DNA of 64,000 bases from an uncultured candidatus Porisulfidus sp. (GCA_965204575.1 OZ241993.1:1040586-1104585); one strand, 5' to 3'; positions 36,467 through 47,244 are shown, counted from the first letter of the stretch. Numbers and translations are program-made. The notes: a model not told the origin generated them from the sequence alone.

Positions 36467-37255
36467 ATGATCTGGGACCTGGAGTTGATCCTGGTGGTGG
36501 CGACTGCCGCCACGGGCCTGATCTACTACGGCCATTTCTTCTGGTACCGCCTGCGCCGCCAGGCCCCGCCGGTCCGCCGGCCCTGGTTCGCCGAGTGGTC
36601 GCACGCGCTGTTCCCGGTGCTGCTGCTGGTGCTGGTGTTGCGAACGTTCGCGATTGAACCGTTCCGAATTCCCTCTGGCTCCATGATCCCGACGCTGCTG
36701 GTCGGCGACCTGGTCCTGGTCAACAAGTACAGCTATGGTCTCAGGCTTCCGGTGCTGCACACCCGTATCCTGGAGGTGGGCAAACCCGAGCGGGGCGATG
36801 TGGTGGTATTCCGTTATCCGAAGAATCCGAACCAGGACTACATCAAGCGGGTGGTGGGGCTGCCGGGGGACGAAGTGGTCTATGTCGGGAAGCGCCTGAT
36901 GGTGAACGGGGAGGTCTATCCCCTGACGGACCCGCGCCCGTTCCTGGACGCGGTCACCGGCCTCCCGTACCCGTATCGCACGCAGTACACGGAAAGCATC
37001 GGCGGGCGTCGGCACGAGGTCCTGCACGACGCCCTGTCCGAGAGCGTCACCGACAACTTCACGGTGCTGCCGGGCCACTACCTGGTGATGGGCGACAACC
37101 GCGACAGCAGCCGCGACAGCCGGGACTGGGGGTACGTGCCGGAGGGCCACCTGGTGGGCCGGGCTTTCCTGATCTGGATGAATTACAGGCTCTTGCTGCC
37201 GTCGCTGACCAACCCGGAGGTTTCGCTGCTTTCCCGCCTCGGCAAGATCGAGTGA
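36467..37255 (+). CDS. lepB: Signal peptidase I
   Basis: IPSGSMIPTLLVGDLVLVNKYSYG (catalytic Ser), YIKRVVGLPGD (catalytic Lys) and GDNRDSSRDSR. Confidence 0.9.
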   Translation: MIWDLELILVVATAATGLIYYGHFFWYRLRRQAPPVRRPWFAEWSHALFPVLLLVLVLRTFAIEPFRIPSGSMIPTLLVGDLVLVNKYSYGLRLPVLHTRILEVGKPERGDVVVFRYPKNPNQDYIKRVVGLPGDEVVYVGKRLMVNGEVYPLTDPRPFLDAVTGLPYPYRTQYTESIGGRRHEVLHDALSESVTDNFTVLPGHYLVMGDNRDSSRDSRDWGYVPEGHLVGRAFLIWMNYRLLLPSLTNPEVSLLSRLGKIE

Positions 37256-37263
37256 ATCGCTGA

Positions 37264-37941
37264 ATGGCGCAGATCGAGAACTGGTTGCCGAAGGCGGTTC
37301 TGGACAGCCCCGAATACCGGACCGCCCGCACACACCGCAGCGCCGGTTCGCCGCACAACGAGCGGCAGGAATTCCTGGGCGACGCGCTGCTCGGCCTGGT
37401 GATTTCGGATCTCCTGTGCGAGCGCTTCCCGGACCTGCCGGAAGGAGACCTGAGCCGCCTGCGCGCGCACCTGGTCTGTGGCACCATGCTGGCGAAACTG
37501 GCGGAATCGGCCGAAATGGACCAGCTGCTGATCGCGGAGGCGTTGAGCGCGGCCCGGCCGCGCGCCCGCCGCGCCATGGCGGGAAATGCGCTGGAAGCGG
37601 TGATCGCGGCGGTCTACCAGGTGTGCGGGTTCGAGGAAGTGCGCACCTTCATCCTCCGCCTGTACGATCAGGCCCTGAAGGAGCTGCCGCCCCTGGAGTC
37701 CCTGCGCAGCGCCAAGACCGAGCTGCAGGAATTGCTGCAGGCGAGGGGCCGGGAGCGTGCCCGCTATACGTTGCTCGAAGAACGGCCGAAGCATTCGCCG
37801 CGCTTCGAGGTGCAATGCGAAGTGAAGGATCCGAAGGTGCGGACCCGGGGCACGGGCAACCGCATCCGCGAGGCGGAGCAGAATGCGGCGGCGGCCGCGG
37901 TCGCCGACATCCGGCGCAAGCGGCCCGGATGGACATCGTGA
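37264..37941 (+). CDS. rnc: Ribonuclease III
   Basis: NERQEFLGDALLGLVISDLL signature and a C-terminal dsRBD. Confidence 0.95.
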   Translation: MAQIENWLPKAVLDSPEYRTARTHRSAGSPHNERQEFLGDALLGLVISDLLCERFPDLPEGDLSRLRAHLVCGTMLAKLAESAEMDQLLIAEALSAARPRARRAMAGNALEAVIAAVYQVCGFEEVRTFILRLYDQALKELPPLESLRSAKTELQELLQARGRERARYTLLEERPKHSPRFEVQCEVKDPKVRTRGTGNRIREAEQNAAAAAVADIRRKRPGWTS

Positions 37942-38819
37942 CCCGCTGCGGGTTCGTGGCACTTTGCGGCAAGCCGAACGTCGGCAAGTCGACGCTGTTC
38001 AACCGCCTGCTGGGGAAGCCGCTGTCTGCCGCCACCGGCAAGCCGCAGACCACCCGGCACAACATCAAGGGCATCCTGACCGAGCAGGGCAACCAGTTCG
38101 TTTTCGTGGACACGCCCGGCATCCACTCCGGGCGGGTCCGGGCGCTTTCGCAATTGCTCAACGCCAACGCCAGCGAAGCCATGGGTCAGGTGGACGTGGC
38201 GGTGATGGTGGTGGAGGTCGGGGTGTGGAACGCACGCGACGAAAAGGTGCTGGGCGAATTGCGCGACGCGAAGATCCCGGTCATGCTGTGCGCCAACAAG
38301 ATCGACCGCATGCCCGACCAGGCATTGATCCTGCCGTATTTTGCCCAGTTGGCCGAGCACGAGTTCCTTGAATACATCCCGGTCAGCGCGCGAACCGGGG
38401 AAGGTTGCACGGTTCTCAAGGAGAACCTGGCGAAGCACGTCCCGGAGCGGGAGCACCTGTTCGAGGCGGACGCGCTGACGGACCGGCATGAACGTTTCTT
38501 CGCGGAGGAGTTGATTCGGGAGCAGTTGCTGATCCAGCTGGACAAGGAGCTGCCCTACGTCATGCACGTCCAGGTGACCGGCTTCCAGAACCAGGAAGAG
38601 CGCGTGCACATCTCTGCGCAGATCCTGGTGGAACGGGAATCGCAGCGCAAGATCCTGCTTGGCAAAAACGGCACACGCATTGGTTCCATCGGGCGCGCGG
38701 CACGGCTGCGCATGGCCGGGCTCCTGGATCAGCCGGTGATCCTGAAGTTGCACGTCAAGGTGCAGCCGAACTGGCAGCGGGACCCAAACATCCTGGCCAG
38801 CTATCGCGGAGGCGTGTGA
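37929..38819 (+). CDS. era: GTPase Era
   Basis: GKPNVGKSTLFN (G1), DTPG (G3), NKID (G4) and a KH domain. Overlaps the rnc end. Confidence 0.95.
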   Translation: MDIVTRCGFVALCGKPNVGKSTLFNRLLGKPLSAATGKPQTTRHNIKGILTEQGNQFVFVDTPGIHSGRVRALSQLLNANASEAMGQVDVAVMVVEVGVWNARDEKVLGELRDAKIPVMLCANKIDRMPDQALILPYFAQLAEHEFLEYIPVSARTGEGCTVLKENLAKHVPEREHLFEADALTDRHERFFAEELIREQLLIQLDKELPYVMHVQVTGFQNQEERVHISAQILVERESQRKILLGKNGTRIGSIGRAARLRMAGLLDQPVILKLHVKVQPNWQRDPNILASYRGGV

Positions 38820-39514
38820 TGCGGCAGGACGAACTGGTCGCGGCGTATGTGATTCAGGCACGCCCTTGGCGCGAGACCAGCCTGCTGTACAAGGTGGTCG
38901 CACAGGACCATGGTCGGGTCAGCCTGATCCATCGCGGGGCACGCAACAACCGTCGCGACCGGCCGCTGCCGACATTGACCCCGGTACGGGTATCCTGGGG
39001 CGGGCGTGGCAGCTTGTACACCCTGCGCCACGCCGAGGTCGCCGGCCCGATGACAGTGAAAGACCCGAAGCGGCAAGTCTACGCCCTGTACGTCAACGAG
39101 ATTGTCAGCTACCTGCTGCCGGACGATCGCTATTCGGACGAGATCTATCCGCTGTACCACGAGGCACTGGCTCATCTGGACACGGTCGCGGATCCTGAAT
39201 TCGTGCTTCGCGGAATCGAGATGGACTTGCTGCACTTGGCCGGCCATCCGCTGCAACTGGATCGCACCGAGCAGGGGAAGGTCGAGCCGGGCCGGCAATA
39301 TCGTTATCACCCGGGGGCCGGTCCCACGGAACTTCCGGGGGAAAGCGGGGCGGACGGGATCAGCGGCCAGACCCTGCTGACTCTTCAGGCGCGGCAGGAA
39401 ATGGACGAGCAAACGCGGCGCGAGGCGCGCCGCCTGATGCGGCAGGTATTGGACTACTACATTGCCCCGCAGACGATTCGGTCGCGAGGCATCATGCAAG
39501 CACTGACGGGCTGA
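38816..39514 (+). CDS. recO: DNA repair protein RecO
   Basis: AYVIQARPWRETSLLYKVVAQDHGRVSLIHRGAR. The start overlaps the era stop (GTG 38816 or ATG 38819). Confidence 0.9.
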   Translation: MMRQDELVAAYVIQARPWRETSLLYKVVAQDHGRVSLIHRGARNNRRDRPLPTLTPVRVSWGGRGSLYTLRHAEVAGPMTVKDPKRQVYALYVNEIVSYLLPDDRYSDEIYPLYHEALAHLDTVADPEFVLRGIEMDLLHLAGHPLQLDRTEQGKVEPGRQYRYHPGAGPTELPGESGADGISGQTLLTLQARQEMDEQTRREARRLMRQVLDYYIAPQTIRSRGIMQALTG

Positions 39515-39912
39515 TTCCCGCGACCTTAGGACAAACAGCACTGAAATTGAGTTTTCTAATAAATGGTAACGAGCGCAATAGGAATTGCGCTTCTAATGAG
39601 TTCGCCAATTGTGTTTTTTTGGGGACTGGCAGAACTTGTCAGTGTGCTCGAATCAATGAAGCAATCCCTTTCTTAGAAGGTCATGGAATTCGCTGATATT
39701 TTTTCTCACATTAGGATATTTTGTTATCTTCCACAGGAAAACACCAATAGAGAGTACCGCGACCCCAGCCACTACAACACTCATAGCGATGATGAAGTCA
39801 GGCATCTTGTGCTCCCTTTAATACCAAGATTCAGTATAACAAACCAACCCTCCAAGATTGATTGCATAGGTTCATAAACATTTGAGAACAGCCGGCGGGT
39901 CGCGGTGAGAGT

Positions 39913-40013
39913 CGCGCCGCCTGATGCGGCAGGTGTTGGACTACTACATTGCTCCGCAGACGATTCGGTCGCGGGGCATCATGCAGGCGCTGACGGGTTG
40001 ATTCCTGCGATCC
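39913..40013 (+). pseudogene. Orphan duplicate of the recO 3' end
   Basis: About 100 nt, roughly 93 percent identical to 39426-39526. Would encode RRLMRQVLDYYIAPQTIRSRGIMQALTG-stop, identical to the RecO C-terminus. Confidence 0.8.
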
Positions 40014-40052
40014 TCGATATGGCACCTGAGCCTCAGCGGCTCAAAGGAGGGG

Positions 40053-40925
40053 TCAAGGCAAGCAGTCTTCGGGTTCAGGCGGTTGCCCGCCGTCCCTACG
40101 CAAGATGCGCAACGCCGCCTCGATATCAGCCTCGGATGCACATGTAGCGAAGAACGAAGCCATTTTCATCGCGGATACCTTTTCGGCGACTGCCATGACG
40201 ACGAACTGGTTGATGCTCGTGCCTTCCTCTTTGCTGATCTCCGTGACCGCCGACTTTAGGGAAGCCGGTAGTCTCAGGGGATAGGTGCTGGCTGGCTTCT
40301 TCATGGCACGGTCGGGCTGTCGGTCGCGAGGTTCGAGTGGTTGGGGAATGCGTTGATTGTCGCGGCAGTACTGCCACAGGTAGGCATCGACTTGTTGCCG
40401 AGTGAGTCCATGCTCCCGGCTCAGAAACGTGACCATCTCTTCCACAGTTGCGGAACACGCGGCGGCGCATTGCTTCATCCAGGTGTCAGGCTTCTCCGTG
40501 TCTTCAAGGCCGATGGCCGTTGCCAAGTGTCGGTTCGTGGCAGGTCCCATATAGGGAAGTTCCGTAAGCACAACCCTGCCGTGCTTGCGCATCCGTTGCT
40601 TGAAAGCCTCCCATCCTTCCGCATGAATCAACTTGCATCCCTTGAGGAAAGCATCCGCCTTCCGCTGATGGCGGATCGGCAGCGTCTGGGCATCTATTGA
40701 CTCCATGGCCACGATCCTGCCCAGGTCGAGGTTGTGGAATTTCTTGACGATGGTGTCGAAGTGCTTCTCGACGACTGAGTTCCGAAAACCCGAGACATAG
40801 ATGACCCAGAGGTACACCTCAAGAAATCCCTTCAGGTCGAGATCGTCGAAAACCCTCGGCTCCCACGGGCTGCCAACATGTGCCTGTGCGGTTTCCAGCA
40901 TCCGTGTTGCCTTGTTCTTATCCAT
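40053..40925 (-). CDS. Hypothetical protein with a possible HhH-type N-terminal region and a C-terminal ribbon-helix-helix (HicB/Arc-like) tail
   Basis: LTELPYMGPATNRHLATAIGL is helix-hairpin-helix-like. The C-terminal YPLRLPASLKSAVTEISKEEGTSINQFVVMAVAEKV is RHH-like. Confidence 0.45.
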   Translation of the reverse strand: MDKNKATRMLETAQAHVGSPWEPRVFDDLDLKGFLEVYLWVIYVSGFRNSVVEKHFDTIVKKFHNLDLGRIVAMESIDAQTLPIRHQRKADAFLKGCKLIHAEGWEAFKQRMRKHGRVVLTELPYMGPATNRHLATAIGLEDTEKPDTWMKQCAAACSATVEEMVTFLSREHGLTRQQVDAYLWQYCRDNQRIPQPLEPRDRQPDRAMKKPASTYPLRLPASLKSAVTEISKEEGTSINQFVVMAVAEKVSAMKMASFFATCASEADIEAALRILRRDGGQPPEPEDCLP

Positions 40926-41025
40926 TTGTCATTGCCGTTTGCGGGCGGTCCCAACGTGAATTATAAAGAAAGGTTGATGATTTTATTGGCAATCTATAAG
41001 ATGGTTTAAAATAAAAGAGATTCGC

Positions 41026-41945
41026 ATGGCACACAGGCAACCCGGGAAATCGTATCGTCAGGGCATCGCTCTGGCCCACCTGTTCGACACGTTCCCGAAC
41101 GAGAAAGCGGCGCAGGAATGGTTCGAAAGCGTGGTATGGGCGAAGGGACGCTACTGCCCACGCTGTGGCTCTACGAGCACCCACGAGGCCAAGCATGCGA
41201 AATGCCCATACCGTTGCCGCGATTGCGGAAAGTACTTCAGCGTGAAGACGGGAACCGCCATGGCATCGTCCAAAGTTTCTCTTCGCAAGTGGGCCATCGC
41301 CATATACATTGACGCGACCAGCCCGAAAGGCGTGTCTTCGCTCCAGTTGCACCGAGATATCGGTGTGTCGCAGCCCACGGCCTGGTTCATGTTGCACCGC
41401 ATCCGCGAAGGATTCACGGACAAGCGCGCATCTATGGATGGCTTGGCCGAAATTGATGAGATGCACATCGGCGGCAAGCGTAAGAATATGCCCAAGAGTA
41501 AGCGAAAGGAACGGTCAGGGCGGAGTGCAACCGGCAGGACTGCGGTCGTTGGCGTGAAGGATCGCCAGACGAGGAAAGCTCGTGCAAAAGTGGTGGCGGA
41601 CCCGGGTTTGGACACTCTCCATGAGTTTCATTCGTGATCACGTCGCTGATGACGCAAAGGTCTGTACGGACGATGCCGTTCGACTCTGAACCCGTGAAAC
41701 ATGGCATGGGAGAGTACGTGCGGGGCATGGCCTACACGAACGGGGTCGAGTCGCTCGGGCTCATGCTTGAGCGGGGCGATATCGGTATTGATCATCAAAT
41801 GATTGCAAAGCATCTTCACTGGTACGTCAGCGGATTCGCCGGTCGTCACGGGGTGCGCGAGCGGAACACGCTGGAGCAACTGCGGGATGTTGCCGCTAGA
41901 ATGGCCGGCAAGAGGTTGCCGTATTGCGAACGGGTTCGTTTCTGA
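41026..41945 (+). pseudogene. IS1595-family (ISXO2-like) transposase, disrupted by two frameshifts
   Basis: N-terminal Zn ribbon CPRCGS...CRDCGKYFSVKTGT. The reading frame breaks near 41630 (..LHEF / IRDHVADDAKVCTDDA) and again near 41680 (..KHGMGEYVRGMAYTNGVES...HLHWYVSGFAGRH). Confidence 0.75.
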
Positions 41946-41956
41946 CAGGGGAGTGA

Positions 41957-42898
41957 TTGGAGAGCGTCATGGGAAACCCGATTTATGGAGGTGCAACGCC
42001 TGAGCAGGTGGCACTTGAGATGCTTCGGCCATCCAAGTTCATTGAACCGCTTTATGATCTCGTGTTTGGGGACGCCTTTGATTGGCTGGAATCGGCGGAG
42101 CATGAATCGATTCACGCGGTCGTGACCGACCCGCCTTACGGGTTGATCGAATACAAACCTGAACAACTCCAGAAGCGCCGAGATGGCAATGGCGGGGTAT
42201 GGCGTCTGCCGCCTTCGTTTGATGGAAGCAAACGTCAGCCAGTTCCGCGCTTTACGGTCTTGACTGACAGGGACAAAGATGAAATGAGGGCATTTTTTGC
42301 CCGTTTGGCTGAAAGTCTCTACCCGGTCCTCGTTCCAGGGGCCCATGTCTTCATTGCTACCAACCCCCTTCTAGCCCATTTGGTCTTCGAACCGTTCCTT
42401 GCTGCAGGATATGAGAAACGAGGAACGCTGATTCGTGAAGTGCATACGCTGCGCGGCGGTGACCGTCCCAAAAATGCCCATAAGGAATTCCCTGATGTCA
42501 CGGTCATGCCAAGATCATGCTTTGAGCCATGGGAAATTTTCCGGCGTCCGCTTCAAGGACGCGTTCAAGACAATCTGCGAAAGTGGGGAACCGGCGGTCT
42601 TCGGCGTCTCTCTGCGGAGCAACCGTTCAAGGATTTAGTCAAATCGTGTCCAGCGAAGAGGAAGGAGCGGGAAATTGCCCCCCATCCTTCATTGAAACCG
42701 CAAGCGTTTCTTCGGCCGTTGGTGAGGTCCAGCCTTCCTCTTGGTAAAGGTACCATACTCGATCCATTTGCAGGGTCAGGGTCCACCCTTGCAGCGGCGA
42801 TGGCTTGCGGCATAGAGAGTGTGGGCATTGAACGTGACCCGGAATACCATCAAATGGCATTGGACGCCATTCCGGCGTTGGCGCGTTTGGAAGTCTGA
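41957..42898 (+). CDS. N6/N4 DNA methyltransferase (beta class)
   Basis: VVTDPPYG catalytic motif precedes the AdoMet motif ILDPFAGSGSTLAAA. Confidence 0.9.
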   Translation: MESVMGNPIYGGATPEQVALEMLRPSKFIEPLYDLVFGDAFDWLESAEHESIHAVVTDPPYGLIEYKPEQLQKRRDGNGGVWRLPPSFDGSKRQPVPRFTVLTDRDKDEMRAFFARLAESLYPVLVPGAHVFIATNPLLAHLVFEPFLAAGYEKRGTLIREVHTLRGGDRPKNAHKEFPDVTVMPRSCFEPWEIFRRPLQGRVQDNLRKWGTGGLRRLSAEQPFKDLVKSCPAKRKEREIAPHPSLKPQAFLRPLVRSSLPLGKGTILDPFAGSGSTLAAAMACGIESVGIERDPEYHQMALDAIPALARLEV

Positions 42899-42900
42899 CC

Positions 42901-43500
42901 ATGTTCGACAATGATGTTCAATTGCCTCCCGGATTGGAGATTTCCGCGATCCAACGCTCTATCGAGTTTGTCGAAAAACAATTAAGTGAACGTGACTTCG
43001 TGGACCTCTATCTTGAACAGGCCAATATATTCAGCGCGTTAGTGGGCATGTTCGCAACCAAGGCGCTGGATCAAGTCAGCAACTATGAAAAGCATCGGCA
43101 TAGCCATACGGCTCAACAACGTTTTCCTGATTTGTGCCGCCGGGGAGCATCCTTCCCACTTAAACCCGAGGATTCACTGGAGAGCAAGGCCAGCAAACGG
43201 CCTTGGGCGATACAATCCCACTACGATCACGCCGGATGGTACATCATCTGGAGATATCTGGTCGACCTGACCAAGACCATCAAGGATGATGCGGCTTTGG
43301 TGATTTGGCGCGTTGATGTCGTCTATTTGACCAAAACCGATTGGAAGTACGAGGGTTCGTCGGCAGATATGAGTGGCGGAGGAAGAACGCATACTTTTGG
43401 TGTGCGAAAACCTGCCACGCGATTGCGGGGCTGTGCCGTCTACAAGCGCCCCGACATCGTCATTCGTGATGGCAAGCCTGTGCCCGTCAACCTTCCTTGA
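42901..43500 (+). CDS. Candidate restriction endonuclease partner of the methyltransferase
   Basis: Starts 3 nt after the methylase stop. FPDL...(x15)...ESKASK fits a PD-(D/E)XK spacing. No other recognisable family motifs. Confidence 0.4.
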   Translation: MFDNDVQLPPGLEISAIQRSIEFVEKQLSERDFVDLYLEQANIFSALVGMFATKALDQVSNYEKHRHSHTAQQRFPDLCRRGASFPLKPEDSLESKASKRPWAIQSHYDHAGWYIIWRYLVDLTKTIKDDAALVIWRVDVVYLTKTDWKYEGSSADMSGGGRTHTFGVRKPATRLRGCAVYKRPDIVIRDGKPVPVNLP

Positions 43501-43698
43501 TTCCCTATTCTTTAAGAACAGTCGTAAGCAGGCGCCAACTCCAGGCAGAGGAAAAGCAGCGAAAGCGAAGCTCTTGCTTCCGTATATCCCCTAGGAACCA
43601 AGTTCAAATATGCCTTGCAACTCTTGCGGAGTGTATGCAGGTATTCCCGGAAAGCCTTTAGTGGTAGAGTGTCCATAGCAAAAACTACTTTGTGTACC

Positions 43699-44421
43699 GT
43701 GAAGAATGTACGACTAGGCGTGAATATTGACCACATAGCGACCCTGCGCCAGCAGCGCCACACGGACTACCCGGACCTGGGCGAGGCGATCCGCCGAGTG
43801 GAAGCGGCCGGGGCGGACGGCATCACCCTGCACCTGCGCGAGGACCGGCGGCACATCCAGCTGGAGGACGTGGAACAGGCGCGCCGGGAAGTGAGTGGAA
43901 CCCTGAACCTGGAGATGGCCGCAACCGAGGAGATGCTGGACATTGCGGAACGCATCCGTCCGGATTACTGCTGCCTGGTGCCTGAGCGGCGCGAGGAACT
44001 CACCACTGAAGGCGGTCTGGACGTCGTGGCGGGCGAAGATCGGATCCGGGAGGCGTGCACCCGGCTGAAAGCGGCGGGCATTCAGGTTTCGCTGTTTGTC
44101 GAGCCGACGCACGAAGCGATGGATGCCGCGGTCGAACTGGGTGCGTCGATCGTGGAGTTGCACACCGGTCCCTACGCCAACGCGACGGAGCCGGAAGCCC
44201 ACGAGGCGGAGCTGGAACGGCTGGTTTCCACCACGCAGTATGCGCGGGAACGGCTGACGGTCAACGCCGGACACGGCTTGCATCGCGACAACGTGGGCCC
44301 GGTGGCTTCGATCCCGGGAATGAACGAACTTAATATCGGTCACGCCATCGTCTGCCGGGCGGTGATGGTGGGATTGGAAGGAGCCGTGCGCGAAGTGCGC
44401 GAAGCCATGGAGGCGTCATGA
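43699..44421 (+). CDS. pdxJ: Pyridoxine 5'-phosphate synthase
   Basis: [22 protein letters not shown]...HLREDRRHI...[11 protein letters not shown] start. Confidence 0.92.
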   Translation: MKNVRLGVNIDHIATLRQQRHTDYPDLGEAIRRVEAAGADGITLHLREDRRHIQLEDVEQARREVSGTLNLEMAATEEMLDIAERIRPDYCCLVPERREELTTEGGLDVVAGEDRIREACTRLKAAGIQVSLFVEPTHEAMDAAVELGASIVELHTGPYANATEPEAHEAELERLVSTTQYARERLTVNAGHGLHRDNVGPVASIPGMNELNIGHAIVCRAVMVGLEGAVREVREAMEAS

Positions 44422-45311
44422 GGGAGTATCCGACCATTGAATCCAGCATCGGCAACACGTCGCTGGTTCGCCTGCAGCGCATGGCGCCGGAAGGGGTGAT
44501 GGTGCTGGCCAAGCTGGAAGGAGACAATCCGGCCGGTTCGGTCAAGGACCGTCCGGCCATCCACATGATCGAGGCCGCCGAGGAACGCGGAGACATCCGT
44601 CCGGGCGACACGCTGGTCGAGGCGACCAGCGGCAACACCGGGATCGCGCTGGCGCTGGCGGCGGCGATCCGCGGCTACCGGATGATCCTGATCATGCCGG
44701 AGAACATGAGCCTGGAACGGCGCCAGACCATGGCGGCGTACGGGGCCGAACTGATCCTGGTGACCGAGGCCGAGGGCATGGAGGAGGCACGCGACCGGGC
44801 GCTGGCGATGAACCGTGCGGGCGAAGCGTTCATCCTGAACCAGTTCGACAACCCGGACAACTCGGACTCGCACTACCGGGGCACCGGGCCGGAGTTGTGG
44901 CGGGACACCGGGGGCGAGCTGACGCATTTCGTGTCTTCCATGGGCACGACCGGAACCGTCAGCGGGGCCGGGCGCTACCTGAAGGAGCAGAACCCCGACA
45001 TCGAGGTGATCGGCGTGGAGCCGGCGGACGGTTCCGCCATTCCGGGCATCCGCCGCTGGGCAGAGGGGTACGTCCCGAAGATCCTGGAGCGGGACGTGGT
45101 CGACCGGACAATCGATGTCACGCGGGGGGATGCGGAGAACACCATGCGCGAACTGGCGAAGCGGGAAGGGATCTTCGCCGGGATCTCGTCGGGCGGCTGC
45201 ATGCACGTGGCCCTGCAGGTGGCGGCGGAGGCCGCGCCGGGGTCGGTGATTGCCGCCATCGTGTGCGACCGCGGAGACCGCTACCTGTCCTCGGGGGTCT
45301 ATCCGTCATGA
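44418..45311 (+). CDS. cysM: Cysteine synthase B
   Basis: [16 protein letters not shown] and [12 protein letters not shown] closely follow E. coli CysM rather than CysK. Confidence 0.85.
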   Translation: MREYPTIESSIGNTSLVRLQRMAPEGVMVLAKLEGDNPAGSVKDRPAIHMIEAAEERGDIRPGDTLVEATSGNTGIALALAAAIRGYRMILIMPENMSLERRQTMAAYGAELILVTEAEGMEEARDRALAMNRAGEAFILNQFDNPDNSDSHYRGTGPELWRDTGGELTHFVSSMGTTGTVSGAGRYLKEQNPDIEVIGVEPADGSAIPGIRRWAEGYVPKILERDVVDRTIDVTRGDAENTMRELAKREGIFAGISSGGCMHVALQVAAEAAPGSVIAAIVCDRGDRYLSSGVYPS

Positions 45312-46111
45312 TCGGGGACGTGCTGGCCTTCGACATCGAGACCATTCCGGATGCGAAGCTGGGCCGGCGTCTTTACAACCTCTCAGACGACCTCCCCGAC
45401 GAGGACGTGGTGCGCGCCATGGAGCAGTTGCGCATGCAGAAGACCGGCGGACACCTGTTCCAGCCGCTGTACCTGCAGAAAGTGGTCTGCATTTCGGTGG
45501 TGTACCACACGGAATCGGTGCTGGTCGCGAAGTCCTTGGAGGACATCGACGCGGATGAATGCACGATCATCCGCAACTTCTTCGACGGCATCGAACGGGC
45601 CGCCCCGCGGCTGGTGACCTGGAACGGCAACGGGTTCGACCTCGCGGTGCTGAACTACCGTGCCATGCATCACGGGATCTGCGCTCCGCGCTTCTGGGAG
45701 ACGGGCGACAACGAGCGGGACTTCCGCTACAACAACTACATCAGCCGCTACCACGAGCGGCACCTGGACCTGATGGACGTGCTGTCGCGCTACAACCCGC
45801 GCGCCTCGGCCGGGCTCGACGACTTCGCCACCATGCTGGGCTTCCCCGGGAAGCCGGAGGGGATGTCCGGCGGCGAGGTGTGGCCGGCCTACCGGGAGGG
45901 GCGGCTGGCCGAGATCCGCGAGTACTGCGAAACCGACGCGATCAGCACCTACCTGGTGTTCCTGCGCTTCGAATTCCTGCGCGGCAACCTGCTGCGGGAG
46001 GAGTACGTCGAACTGTGCGACCAGTTGCAGTCCTACCTGGAAGAGGAGGACAAGGAGCACTTCCGCGATTTCCTGGCGCGGTGGGACCGCGCGGGCGACC
46101 CGGTCGGCTAG
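45308..46111 (+). CDS. Predicted 3'-5' exonuclease (PolB-exonuclease-like family)
   Basis: ATGA overlap with cysM. LAFDIETIPD (ExoI), VTWNGNGFDL (ExoII) and YCETDAISTY (ExoIII). Confidence 0.7.
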   Translation: MIGDVLAFDIETIPDAKLGRRLYNLSDDLPDEDVVRAMEQLRMQKTGGHLFQPLYLQKVVCISVVYHTESVLVAKSLEDIDADECTIIRNFFDGIERAAPRLVTWNGNGFDLAVLNYRAMHHGICAPRFWETGDNERDFRYNNYISRYHERHLDLMDVLSRYNPRASAGLDDFATMLGFPGKPEGMSGGEVWPAYREGRLAEIREYCETDAISTYLVFLRFEFLRGNLLREEYVELCDQLQSYLEEEDKEHFRDFLARWDRAGDPVG

Positions 46112-46115
46112 GCCG

Positions 46116-47243
46116 TCAGTCCAGCAGTTTCCCGATGATGGCGCGGTAGACTTCGGCCAGCCGGTCGAGGTCCTCGACGGCGACGTGCTCGTCGATCTTG
46201 TGGATGCTGCGGTTGATCGGGCCGAATTCGACCACTTCGGCGCCGGTCGGCCGGATGAACCGTCCGTCCGAGGTGCCGCCTTCGGTGCTGAGCTCCGCTT
46301 CCGACCCCAGCACTTCCGATACGGCGTCCTGGCAGGTCCGGGTCAGGGTGCCGGGCGGCGTGCGGTAAGGCAGGCTCGCCTCCGCCCATTCGATCTGGTG
46401 CTCAAACCCGGCTTGCCCGAGAATCCCGGCGATCCGCTCTTTCAGTTCTTCGGCGGTGACTTCCGTCGAGTAGCGCAGGTTGAAGTCCGCGGTCAGTTCG
46501 CCCGGGACCACGTTGGCGGCGCCGCATCCGCTGTTGAGGTTGGAAACCTGGAACCGGGTCGGCTGGAAGTCCTCGTTGCCCTCGTCCCAGATGGTTTCGG
46601 TCAGTTCCACCAGGGCCGGCGCGAACCGGTGAATCGGGTTGTCGCACAGGGCCGGGTAGGCGATGTGGCCCTGGATGCCGCGAACCGTCAACCGCCCGGA
46701 CAACGAACCGCGGCGGCCGTTCTTGATGACGTCGCCAAGCCGTTCGCGGCAACTGGGTTCGGCGACGACGCACCAGGCAGGGATCTCCCGGCGCGCCTGA
46801 AGTCGCTCGACCGCGGCCCGGGTGCCGTGCACGGCCGGGCCTTCCTCGTCGCTGGTCAGCAGCAGGCCGATGGCGCCGGGGTGATCGGGCCGTTGCGCGG
46901 CGTACCGGGCGCAGGCGACCACCATTGCGGCGACGCCGCCCTTCATGTCGGCCGCGCCGCGGCCGTACAGGAGCCCGTCGCGGATCGCCGGGCTGAAGGG
47001 GTCGCTGCTCCACTGCTCGAGCGGGCCGGTCGGCACGACATCGGTGTGCCCGGCAAACATCAGCAACGGTTCGCTTTCGCCGTGGCGCAGCCACAGGTTC
47101 TGAACCTCGGCGAACGGCATGGGCTCGGCGACGAACCCATGGGGCGCGAGGTATTCGGCGATCAGGTCTTGGCAGCCCGCGTCTTCCGGCGTGACCGACG
47201 GCCGCTCGATCAGCGCGCAGGCGAGGTCCAGGACTTCCGGCAT
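46116..47243 (-). CDS. dapE: Succinyl-diaminopimelate desuccinylase
   Basis: FAGHTDVVP, RGAADMKGG and LLTSDEEG M20 metallopeptidase motifs. 375 aa. Confidence 0.95.
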   Translation of the reverse strand: MPEVLDLACALIERPSVTPEDAGCQDLIAEYLAPHGFVAEPMPFAEVQNLWLRHGESEPLLMFAGHTDVVPTGPLEQWSSDPFSPAIRDGLLYGRGAADMKGGVAAMVVACARYAAQRPDHPGAIGLLLTSDEEGPAVHGTRAAVERLQARREIPAWCVVAEPSCRERLGDVIKNGRRGSLSGRLTVRGIQGHIAYPALCDNPIHRFAPALVELTETIWDEGNEDFQPTRFQVSNLNSGCGAANVVPGELTADFNLRYSTEVTAEELKERIAGILGQAGFEHQIEWAEASLPYRTPPGTLTRTCQDAVSEVLGSEAELSTEGGTSDGRFIRPTGAEVVEFGPINRSIHKIDEHVAVEDLDRLAEVYRAIIGKLLD

Positions 47244-47244
47244 G

